Assembly: GCA_964016885.1 (NCBI GenBank)
Contig: OZ024755.1
Coordinates: 22,940,001-23,004,000 of the forward strand
From: Eledone cirrhosa
Lineage: Eukaryota
Reading direction: 5' to 3'
Length of the DNA stretch: 64,000 bases
Shown here in pieces: positions 53,605 through 64,000 of this stretch. The notes beneath the pieces were generated by a model. The model had not been told where the DNA came from. It saw only the letters and a list, made by a program, of their open reading frames with translations, and ran no database searches. The stretch's first letter is position 1; every line of letters begins with the position of its first letter. The translations under genes were made by a program, and so were the position numbers.

Positions 53605-53855
53605 CAGTTGTTCCCAACCTTTTGTGCCCCATGTCCCACCTCAACATCTCAAACATTTTTATGCCCCACTTTGCTATAAAAATAGTGATGCACATTAAGA
53701 TGTGTGGAGGAGGCGAGACAGGTGTTTCTGACAGTAACTTGTTCCAAAGTTGCCTTGATGTAAAGGTAATAAGATAAAACTTGAAGTTTGCTCTCATTAA
53801 TATCATTTTCAAATTGCTCCCCTGTCGGGTGTGTGTCTCACATTGGAAATAACTG
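53605..53855. mobile_element. hAT MITE
   Basis: TIRs cagttgttcccaa / ttggaaataactg; 8-bp TSD gtgtaggg/atgtaggg. Related left end at about 43810. Confidence 0.75.
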
Positions 53856-54504
53856 ATGTAGGGGCTTGTCTTGCCATCATTTTAATATCTCTCACACGTA
53901 AGTGGAGACTTATCTACATTGATCTTGTGTCCTTCAGAAATTTTGAGCCGTTATTGGCTTCCACTCAGGCTTATTGTTTGTTGGGTATCGGCCATTGAGT
54001 GGACTTCTTTTCATTTCTTCTTCAATATTTTTTTTTTTTTTAAATTAAATATTAATGCATTTAGTTTCTTTAACTATTTCTTGTATAGAGAGAAATGCAT
54101 TTTATTTTTTCATGTTTGCTGTTGTTAATGATGTTGTTGATGCTGATCCTTACAGGGTCGATAAAATAAAGTACTAGTAATACACTGGAGTAATTGCTGG
54201 CCTTGTGCCAAAAGTAGAAACAATTATTATTGTTATTTTTATTATCAATAGTTTGACAACTTTTACCGAACCTCTAGGTGCATGTTTGTGTCCTTGAGTT
54301 ATGTGCAATATTGTCTTTCGAGAAAGTAGAATTGTATTTGTAAACAACATGGTTTAGTTGTTCTTGCTTCATCCTATAGTAGCTTTCTCTCATTTGTCTA
54401 TCCCCATATTCATTTTTGTACCCTGGCCAAATTCATGAACAATTTTAGTTGGATATTGTCTTATTTCTAAAAGTTGTAAAGTGGTTGTGTAGGAGACATG
54501 GTAA

Positions 54505-54676
54505 AAAGGCTCCCAGTCCACACTGTAAATGTGGTTGGTGTTGGGAAGGGCATCCAGCCATAGAAAGCCTGTCCTATACGAGCGAGACACAGTCACTCGA
54601 TCAATCTTGCTTCAAGTGGGACAATTCCCGTCTAACCCATGCTAGCGTGGAAGATAGACGTTAAATGATGATGATA
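54505..54676 (+). mobile_element. SINE family C with RTE-like (ATG)n tail
   Basis: gaagggcatccagccatagaaa...aacccatgctagcgtggaa...gacgttaaatgatgatgat. The tail resembles the 3' end of the RTE at 58677-58735. Copies at about 57385-57590, 53232-53290 and 60325-60370. Confidence 0.65.
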
Positions 54677-57600
54677 TATATATATATATTGGTCTGTATC
54701 ATTTATAATCAGTTTTCTTTTAGCAAATTTGTTAATGAAGTGAGAACTTGATAGACGACTAAAGTGGATAAGATTTCCCTCAAAATTATCCCTTTGTTAT
54801 AGGTTTAGGGATGTTTGCTTTACATTGATTTGATTGTATGCGATTTTGACATGGCATTATAAAAAGACAGATTCTCTAACGACTTTGCCTATCAACTATT
54901 CAAATACCTTTTTTGTGCTTAATTGCTGCTTCTATCTTTTGAGTTCTAGTTTTGACAGGTAACTTTACTATTTTCCTTCAGAAAGGCACAAACTTCTTTA
55001 CTTCAGCTTCTTTAAAAATCTAAAATTTTATTAAAATGTAAAAATATTAATGTGGTTAGGATTGTTTGGGGAAAGCTGGTACAAAGCAAATTAGAAATAC
55101 AAGAATAAAAACTAGAATAGAGAAGAGTTAATTAAGAAAAACAAAACAAAACAGTTTACAGTATTGCTTTATAATTTATGATATTTCAAGGTTAATACTC
55201 CTTTTTCAAAAGAAGGGAAATGAAGTGTGATGTTGATGAGCTGTCATTGAGAGAAACATCAGAGCACCAAAATATATATCTTAGTATTTAGTTTTGTACT
55301 TTAGTATTGATAGTTTTAAGTTCAATACCGTATTGGAGTCGATCCGAGCAATAGATTAGCAGTATCAGAAGAGCATTGGACAACATGCTTTGCAGCATGT
55401 AGCAAATCCCACCCAAAGGTTAGGTTTGTCTTTCATCTTTACGGGGCCAATAAGATAAAGTACCAGTGTTGCACTGAGGTAGATTTAATTGACTTTCTCC
55501 CTCTTTTCAAATTGCTGGCCTAGTGCCAAAAGTAGAAACAATTATTTTGGAGTCGATAAAAGTACCAGTTGGGCATTATGGAGTAGATACCTTGTGGTAT
55601 TTGTTGCAAATCGTGTGTTCTGAGCTCAAATCTCATTGTACCCTACATGGTAGGCTTAATGTCACCCAGTTTAACATAAAATGTTCTGCAGCAAGAGTTC
55701 TGTCTCTTTGCGTTTTGAGTTCTTGGGTGGTAAACTTTTTCAGTTACCTAATTTAACAGTCCATGAATCTTGAGATGCCTATTGAAGAATTCATTCTGTA
55801 GCACATATTTGAGTTAGGTTTCCAGTTTGTGGATAACTTTCCTCTCATCAGTACTGGAGGCCCTGGAAAAATAAACAGCCACATCTCTCCCTGATTCCAC
55901 AGCAAAAACAATACAGATGGATTAAAAATCTACATAGAAAACACCACCACATTTTACAGTATTACTAAATCTGGCTTTAGTGGGTAGTTATTTATTTTTA
56001 TTTGATTTTACATTTATTAAATAATAACATCATTAGTTACAGGTTTCCAATGAGCCAATCACTGACTTTCTGTATTTCTGATGGTGAAAGTGACAAAGGA
56101 TTGTTGACACAACTCAGGGCAGAATAAATACCTGACGGAGTAATTTAGGCAAAGGTTTTTTAGTTTTCTAAGCTGGTATTAAAGGCAGTGGACTAAGAGT
56201 TATTGGAAATTTAGATAGAATTATTTATGGTATTTGTTCTGGCTTACTGCGTTCTAAGTTCAAATCCTGTCATGGTTAATTTTTGCCTTTTATCTTTCTG
56301 GGATTGATAAAGTACCAGTCAAGTACTGAGGTCAATACTTCTCTCTCTCTTAGCTACATTGTGCTGTGACGAAGGTCATGGGAGATCAGACAGCCTCTCT
56401 TTCTCCGGAAATGGAGAAGGGTTGAGCAAAAGGCAAGCAATCTCTGCTCAAAGAAAAAAAAACATAAGTCTCCGAGGATGGTCAAATGTGCAGTACAGCA
56501 TGAGATAGAAATGAAGATGAAAAAAATAAACTGATGTTAATATTGTTCACAACTCTGTATTGCCACAAACATCTTTTCCTCTTTGTAGTCCATCAAAGTC
56601 AATGATAATATACCTCTTCATGGACCAGATGGTTATCACTGCTGCCAAGTGATGCTTGTGTCTCTGCTCACAGTGATCGGAGCAAAGCTTAGACAGCTCA
56701 ATGAGATATTGCACATATGCTGCACTAGAGCACCAGATGGTCATCATTACTGCTGCCTAGTGATGCACCTGTCTATTCACAGTGACCTGGTCAAAGTGAA
56801 GCTTAGACAGTCCTGAGAGATGGTGTGTAGTAAGAGAGTGCCAGCCTTGTCAGTCATTTGCTGCATATTTCCAGCAGCATGAAGGAATTTTGCAGTGTTT
56901 CACGGTCTGTTGAAGATAGCTCTTGAATTGCCAAACTAGTTTTCATATAGCTTCCATCTACTCAAATCTATTTAAAACATATTAGTCAACCCTAAGTATG
57001 GTAAAAGACAGTTTTCAAGATGCCACACACTGGAGTTGAACAGAAAACCATATGGTGGTAAAGCAAATTTCTTAAACCACACAGCTATGCTTGCTCCAAT
57101 AGTGAGAAAAAAAAACTGTGATGGATTTATGTTAATGCTAATATCACATACCCACATTCATTCACAAAGACACACACACACATACACACACATTTCAATA
57201 TATACATAGAGTATATAAAGACTCTACCACCAGAACAAGCATCGCAACACTAAAAGTAAACATTGGGAGAGACTGGAGGTTGCAGTGATTGGCAGTTAGA
57301 GACCTCTCTAATGCATCAAGAACATCATGTGAAGTGTTATTATTGATGCCACAATAAAATGCACCCAATCTACTCTATAAAGTGGGAATACTGGTGACAT
57401 GAAAAACAAACCCAGTACAGCCTGTAAGATGGTTAGTGTTAGGAAGGACATCCAGCTATAGAAACCATGCCATATATGGAATGTAATGAGCAAGATATGG
57501 TTGCTCCAATTCATCTGGTCTCAGACCATGACAACCCCATCCAACCCATGACAACATGGAAAGTGGACATAAAATGATAATGATGATTCTAACTTAGAAG

Positions 57601-58058
57601 GTTTACATAACAAAATACTAGCAACAATAGAAATTTCAAGAACACAGTTGAAATTATTGCAATGTTATGATGCATTTGATTGCTTCTGGGTCAGTTCTAC
57701 TTAAATAATATTAGTCCTACTAAATTATTAGTGACTTCTTTATATTTGAGGTTAGATGTGTTGTGTTATATGTTAAGAGTTCCGAAACTTTCAACCTGAT
57801 GACACACTTAAATGGAGTGTCTTCTTTCTTTCATTGTTTCCTCCCTCACCCACCCAACTTTTTCTCCTCTCTCCTTGTTCCAGTTCAATTTTCAGTTTTT
57901 GAAAATGTATATAAACATTCATTTTCATCTTTTGATTTCGGATTTTTAGAACATATTTACAGATCCTTTCTTCAAATTGATTTTTGTAAACGGGTCTCAA
58001 CTCTTCAAATGCTGTCGATCTTCAACTTTCTATCTTCCACTGAAATAATGAATCAGTC

Positions 58059-58196
58059 TTAAGAAATGTTCAGTCTTGAGGACGTTGACTGGCGTTTTGT
58101 AAACTGGAAAGTGAGTTTGTTTTTTGGTTTACTCACAATATTATATTCTATTTCAAGATCTTTATTCAAGTAACTCACTTCATAATTTTGCAAAAT
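58059..58196 (-). CDS. Cytochrome P450 terminal coding exon: ILQNYEVSYLNKDLEIEYNIVSKPKNKLTFQFTKRQSTSSRLNIS*
   Basis: Acceptor tttttcttctttgccatttcag, phase 0, in frame with the previous exon. Typical P450 C-terminus (ILQxY...P...F..R) followed by TAA. Confidence 0.9.
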   Translation of the reverse strand: MLQNYEVSYLNKDLEIEYNIVSKPKNKLTFQFTKRQSTSSRLNIS

Positions 58197-58425
58197 CTGA
58201 AATGGCAAAGAAGAAAAACAACAAACTTTTTTTTAAATTTGCAAATATATATATGTGTAGGATAGGTAGGTCAGCATTTATTTGTAAAAAATTATGTATT
58301 CATCTATTCTCAATTGTATTGTATTAGTGTCTAGATGGACGTTAAACGATGATGATGATGATGATGAAGTAAGGAACAAGTTTCTTCAGATAATAGGATA
58401 ACACCAACTATGTAGTCTATTTTAA

Positions 58426-58631
58426 CCCTTTAGCATTTATATAACTATATTTACTATTATATTTTCATGGTAAAGGCTTTATCTCACATAATATCGAATC
58501 TACGAGATTTTGCTATTATTTATTTTGAGAACAATACCTTAACATTGGTATGATCAGCTGGTTACAACTGGTTTGAACAGAAAGAGGTGAGAGAATTCCT
58601 GCCGGATATGGCCAGTTTAAATGCTAAAGGG
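58426..58631 (+). mobile_element. piggyBac-type MITE
   Basis: TTAA on both sides; TIRs ccctttagcattta / taaatgctaaaggg. Confidence 0.88.
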
Positions 58632-58676
58632 TTAAAGTTGCTTTATATATTTTTATGATCTTGCTTAGAAGAATAT

Positions 58677-59765
58677 CATCATCATCATCATTATTTTACA
58701 TCCGTTTTACCATGCTTGCAAGGGTTGGCCGGGTCCTTCTCAGTACAGTATCTCTCCACTCATAATGTTTCTTCGTCATTTCCTCTGTGAATCTCAGTGA
58801 TTTGAGGTCAGCTCTCACCACCTCTCCTCAGGTCTTTTCCTATCTACCTATACTATGTCTTCCTTCCACTAGCATTTCCTGGCACTTCTTCACCCATCAA
58901 TCATCATCCTTGTGTATCACATATCAGTATCAAGGCAGTCTTCTCTCCTGCACACCACCTCAGATTCCTCTTAAATCCAGCTTATTCCTCAGTTCATCCA
59001 AGTTCTGTCTTTCTCTCACATATGCATTGCACATCCAACAAAGCATGGTTGCTTCATTCTCTTCAGTCTATGCATTCATTTCTCATGTTTCACTACCATG
59101 CAGCATTAGACTTCACACACTGGTGCCATACAGTCATCCTTTTGTACATAGCGAGAAACCTTTTGTTGTCAACAGTGGGAGTAGTTCTCTAAACTTTTTC
59201 CATCCTATCCTTTTTCTAGCTATTATGCTTTCAGAGCACCCTCCTCTGCTGCTAATTAAGTTGCCTAGACAGCAGAAACTATCAACCACTTCTATGTGCT
59301 TCCTGTGACTTGAAGAGGTTTATATCACTGGAGCTCTTTCCTTTGATTACTACTACGAATCTTTTACATACAAAGTCTTCCTTTCCTGTTAGTTTACCTG
59401 TTATCCCATTACATCTCTTGTGTACCAAAGATTTACATTGTGTACACTGTATGACGTTTAAGCCTACTCCTTTTCTATATAGGGATCTATGTCCTATCTT
59501 CTTTCCTACTCACTAGCACTTTAATTTTGGCTAAGTTTACTCTCAGACCTTTTGATTTCAAATTCTGTTTCCATAGTCGGAACTCATTTTCTAGTTCTTT
59601 TATGGATTCTGTTATAAGGACTAAATCATCTGCATAGACAAGTTCCTATGGACAGCCAGTTTTAAACTCCTCTGTGGTGGTCTGGAGAATTATGAACAGT
59701 GGTGAGCTAAGAACTAAACCATGATGAACTCCGAACTGTACCTTGAATTCCTCAAACTCACTTCC
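58677..59765 (-). mobile_element. Decayed RTE-clade LINE in the last P450 intron
   Basis: Minus strand: GVHHGLVLSSPLF, ELVYADDLVL, GLRVNLAKIKVLV, Cys-rich insert; (ATG)n tail at about 58677-58692. Confidence 0.85.
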
Positions 59766-59857
59766 TACTCAATGTACGTGTATGCAAGTGCGTGTTATGT
59801 TTGTGTGTGTGTAAGCAAATATGCACGCGTTTTAATAAGAAATATCTGGTAACTTAC

Positions 59858-60058
59858 CCTTATCACAGCCAAAGATAGCTCCTGTACAGCAACCCTCTGG
59901 CCAACACATGACCGGGATCCAAAACCAAATGGAAGAAATGAATATGGATGGTAGTTAGGACATTTCTTCTCTAACCAACGTTCTGGTTTGAAAACATCAG
60001 GGTTATCAAAATATGCTGTCTGCTTTCCAGTCCAACCATGATGTAGAGCTACGAGCGT
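59858..60058 (-). CDS. Cytochrome P450 exon with PERW and heme-binding motif: TLVALHHGWTGKQTAYFDNPDVFKPERWLEKKCPNYHPYSFLPFGFGSRSCVGQRVAVQELSLAVIR
   Basis: Acceptor tttttgtctttttcag and donor AGG|gtaagt; 201 nt open, phase 0/0. Contains FKPERW and FxxGxRxCxG. Confidence 0.97.
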
Positions 60059-60411
60059 CTGAAAAAGACAAAAATATGAGCTGTTTGTAAATGCATAATT
60101 AATAATTAATAATTGTTTCTACTTTTGGCACAAGGCCAGCAATTACCCCCAGTGCGTTACTGGTGCTTTATTTTATCGACCCCACAAGGATGATTTGAAC
60201 ACAAAGGGCCATAACTCTATGCTGCAAAGCATGGTGTCTGACACTCTACTGATACTGTCAATCCACTGCACATATTTAATAATTAATTCTACTTTTGGCA
60301 CAACACATGACCGGGAGCCAAAACTTTCTATAGCTGGATACCCTTCCTATCACCAACCACTTTACAGCATGTGCATAAATGTTTATCGTGAAATATTAGT
60401 TTATTACTAAC

Positions 60412-60490
60412 CCCAGCTGGTATTATGTATCCAGAACACTGGATGTCTTTTGAGATATATCTGCCAATAGATGGCACCACTGGCATTATT
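60412..60490 (-). CDS. Cytochrome P450 (mitochondrial-clan-like), internal 79-nt exon: (R)IMPVVPSIGRYISKDIQCSGYIIPAG
   Basis: Polypyrimidine acceptor ttctttatctttccag and donor GGG|gttagt. Phase 2 start completes the ExxR arginine. Post-K-helix motif PxxPxxxR...D...GYxIPAG is present. Confidence 0.93.
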
Positions 60491-60917
60491 CTGGAAAGAT
60501 AAAGAAAAGAAATTATAAAAGAGGTTGTAAGAGAATATACATGAAATGTTATCAGCAAATTAGTAGTCGTTAGATCATTGGATAGAATGTGTTGTGGCAT
60601 TCATTCTGGTTCTCTGTACTCTGAGTTCAAATTCCACTGAAGTCAACTCTGCTTTTTATCTTTTTGAAGTTGATAAAAATATTTGGCATTGTTTCTGTAG
60701 ATGGAGGCCTTTACCAATGCTGACCACCTTACAGAATGTACAAGGTGCATTTTTTGTGATACCACCACTACCAGTTTACAGGATGCACTGACATCCAAAC
60801 TACCACTTGCAGAGTGTACTGGGTGCATTTTATATCTCCAGCACTAGGGAAGTTATCACATGCTTGGCCATAGTCTTGAACTGATTTTCATCATTAAACT
60901 GTGGAGCACTACCTTAA

Positions 60918-61137
60918 CCCTTTAGCATTTAAACTGGCTGTATCCGGCCAGAATTCTCTCATCTCTTTCTGTTCAAATTGGCCATAACTGGCTGCTCGTA
61001 CTTATATTACAGTAATATTCCAAAATAAATAATATAAAAATCTCAGAGATTCAATATTATGTGAAATAATTGTGTGGGGTAAAGCCTTTACCACGAAAAT
61101 ACAATAGTAGATATAGAGTAATGTAAATTCTAAAGGG
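60918..61137 (-). mobile_element. piggyBac-type MITE, same family, opposite orientation
   Basis: TTAA flanks, ccctttagcattta / taaattctaaaggg; interior is the reverse-complement homologue of 58426-58631. Confidence 0.85.
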
Positions 61138-61447
61138 TTAAGAGATTATATCGTGGAACAGGAATAAAAAGCAAAAGTGAAAAAAAGTACAAGCCAATCC
61201 AGCTTTATGTATTCCAATTTCAGAATTATATGCATTTATTATATAAACAAAGGTAAGAATTTTTACATTGTCTCTTCCCCCTTCCCCAAATATCAATGGA
61301 AGCAACCCCAAACTCCCTGAATTTCCTGCAAACAGCATGAGGTAGAGATACTAGAACAACCATATGCCCACATGAACCTCACCTAACACTTCTGTCAGGT
61401 GTGGCTTCACTGAAGTTAAGAACATCATGGTCAATGATCCAGCTCTT

Positions 61448-61476
61448 CCCAACCCTAACCCTAACCCTAACCCTAA
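61448..61476 (-). repeat. Interstitial telomeric repeat (TTAGGG), 4-5 units
   Basis: cccaa-ccctaa-ccctaa-ccctaa-ccctaa. Confidence 0.8.
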
Positions 61477-62844
61477 ATAATGGTTTCTGATTTAGGCACA
61501 AGGCCAACAATTCGGAGAAAGTTGATTAAATTGACCCCAGTGCATTATTGGTATTTTATTTTAGCAAAGCTAACCTCAGCAGGATTTGAACTCAGAAAGT
61601 AAAGAAATGTAACTGCATGCTGCAAAGCATGGTGTCCAACGCTGAGGTTGAAATATGTAATTCTATTTCTACATTGGCGAGGTATATCTGAATAGAACCA
61701 AACTGCATAAAGTTACTGAAAAACATGTTTCTTTTTACATTCACACACTCATACACACACACTCACACACACTGCACACCACACACCACACGCCACACAC
61801 ACTTATACATATGCACACATAATTTGTTTTTATTTTCGTCTTCAGCAGCACACTGACATGCAAAACGTTGCCATGAACAATTGGTAAACCAATTTACTAT
61901 GAGAGGCATGAATTAGAAGTGACTTCACCTGTGCCTTCATCTGTCTTTGCCCTGATGGCATTGATAAATGCTTCGATGATTTACTAAGAGTTTCTATCAC
62001 TGAAATAATTTATTTAGGCTTATATATATTCATGTTGAGGTCATGTTTGTTTGTTTCTTATCAGCATTGTCTGTTGAATGCTATGATTATTGAACAGATA
62101 AAAATAAATAAAATGACATTTAAGATAAATGTTTTTTGTTTCAAGCAATTTTTTTAATATAATTATAAACTTTTAGCTTCCTCCACCCACTGATTCTCTG
62201 TTCCATCATTGTATGGGAAATCATGTTCTTTTGATGAAAAAGCATCGCTGTCTTTTTCCATCATTTGTTAGAAAATGTCAAAGATATATAGACAAGATAC
62301 AATGCAGTAATGTTTATATATATTTCCCTTTCCTTTAAAAGAATATAATTATTATTATTTGGTGGAATCGGTAAAGTGCCACACAAAATGCCTACTGATA
62401 TTTAGTGATGTCTCATTATGTTCAAATTTTCTGAATTCAAGTCATACCATGATCTACTATATTTATATCTCATCCTTCCGGACTTAATAAAATAATGTAT
62501 CTGTCAAATACTAGAGTCAATTTAATCGACAAGCCCTCCCATTAAAATCTGTAACAATGAGCATGTTCTAGAAATAATTATGCAATTTTATTAAAGGGCA
62601 GTGTAGAATGCTAAATCAAATGCTTTGCAAGAGAATTTTTAGTTACATAACAAATTCGCCAAAGTAGACTATGCCGTTCAAGATTACAAGATTGATGAAT
62701 TAAAATATTAGTCAAGTACTATGGATAATTAAACTGACTATACACTCACACCAAAAAATAATCTCTGCCTGGCTTTATTAGAAATAATTATTTAAATACT
62801 TGTGTGTGATCTACCTTGAGCCAATGTAAAAAGTCTAAAGTCTG

Positions 62845-63107
62845 TCTTAAGCCAGAAGGCTCATTTGGCCAGTGCTTATCCCGATTTCATGGCGTGAAGT
62901 GACTGAGAGTACAAGACCCCCCTAGACAGGACGCCAGTCCATCACAGGCTTAAACCTCCAGTTATTGTTGGTACTCATTTTCAGCTGAGTATACTGGAGC
63001 AACGAGAAATGAAGTGTTTTGCTCAAGAACACAATATGCAACCCAGGAATCAAACCCACAACATTATGATCGTAAGTCCAATACCCTTACCACTAGGCCA
63101 TGTGCCT
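62845..63107 (-). mobile_element. tRNA-derived SINE family B (CORE/V-like body)
   Basis: Minus strand: tggcctagtggtaag...ggtttgattcct...gttcttgagcaaaacactt...aaaatgagtacc...gatggactggcgtcctgtc. Copies at about 47620-47893 (-), 32530-32700 (-) and 40337-40452 (+). Confidence 0.78.
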
Positions 63108-63137
63108 CCACATATGTAATATATATATATATATATA

Positions 63138-64000
63138 TCTGTACTATAAAGCTTATGGCCGTATGTAGGTAACAAACTTTCCACCAAACAGCACCAAATT
63201 TGCACCATAGATGTAACTTTTTCCAAGTAAAAAGGTGAGGATATTTTTGTCTACTGAATTTTGTTAAAAGATTAGACATTATTTAAATATTCACTTCTTT
63301 AAAATTTCAAATGTCAACACTTCCGGTTATACGTCATTCCTCACTTTTTCTTATGACGTCGCACAACATTTCCCTCTTTTTCTTATAATATGTCTCTGTA
63401 TGTCTGGCTGTCTGCATTAAATAACGTTTTTCAAAATAATTACTTCTGCGTTCACAGACGGATTTTTTTAGTTTCAGAAGATCCCGTTAAGGGTGAAAGC
63501 AGCGATTCTTTGCTTAAACTTTAATCTGTTATTTTAATATATATATTCGTGTACAGATATTTTTGCATACACAAAAACAAAAACCTATTTATTTCACGAA
63601 AGCACAGACGGCTTATCGTCATTAGAGGTTAGAGGACCACAGTCTTTCCAAGATCTGAGAACCATCAATGGCCATCAATGTTCCACTTACTGTTTGGCTT
63701 GCCAGATGCGTGGTATGTGACATGATGACAGCCATTGGCACCTCACCCTGCAAGAAGCAGCAACTGCTAAAGTCCCTTCTCAGCTGCGAACACTTTTTGT
63801 TATTATGCTGCACAACTGCGATCTTGCCGACCCTCTCACACTGTGAAACAACCACCGTGAAAGTCTAGCTGAGGACATCCTCCACCGCACATGCAGACAT
63901 AATCCAAACATAACATACGATGTCGTTTTCAATGAGGCGCTCATTTGTCTTGAAAACAGTGTCCTGGAGATTGGTGGTAGGCCTCTAAGTCACTACAGAT
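63138..64000 (+). mobile_element. Helitron (5' end and RepHel fragment), runs off the window
   Basis: A|TCtgtactataaa 5' terminus. From 63628: VRGPQSFQDLRTING...ACQMRGM*HDDSHW..TLQEA...QLRTLFVIMLHNC...SLAED...FNEALICLE (region between Rep and Pif1 helicase), two stops. Confidence 0.88.

Noticed and set aside
58787-59516. 173-aa and 68-aa plus-strand ORFs
   Set aside because: Antisense shadows of the decayed minus-strand RTE.
61929-61999. Minus-strand exon-like segment (IETLSKSSKHLSMPSGQRQMKAQ) as the P450 K-helix exon
   Set aside because: Ends in phase 0 whereas the next exon needs phase 2, and it lacks the J/K-helix ExxR context.

Overview
AT-rich, repeat-dense animal genomic DNA; the SINE content and microsatellite load suggest a coleoid cephalopod (Octopus-like), which is an inference. 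There is one 200-N gap. Nearly all ORFs in the supplied track are microsatellite artefacts or transposon relics. Two real host genes, largely missed by the ORF track, lie on the minus strand. One is the last three coding exons of a mitochondrial-clan-like cytochrome P450 (60490-58059). The other is the first coding exon of a CD9/CD81-like tetraspanin (21103-21038), whose first intron appears to run off the left end. The rest is decayed mobile DNA: RTE, Tx1/L1 and CRE-like LINEs, two Penelope-like element (PLE) relics (one Naiad-type GIY-YIG), hAT, mariner, piggyBac and Helitron remnants, several SINE families and minisatellites. The most striking unannotated signal is a set of short non-coding elements from several families that carry type I hammerhead ribozymes. 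They sit in (TA)n tracts as fold-back inverted duplications, often folded exactly at ribozyme stem II, and share a conserved tail motif. They look like a PLE-mobilised, retrozyme-like system. All calls were made by eye; TE boundaries are approximate.
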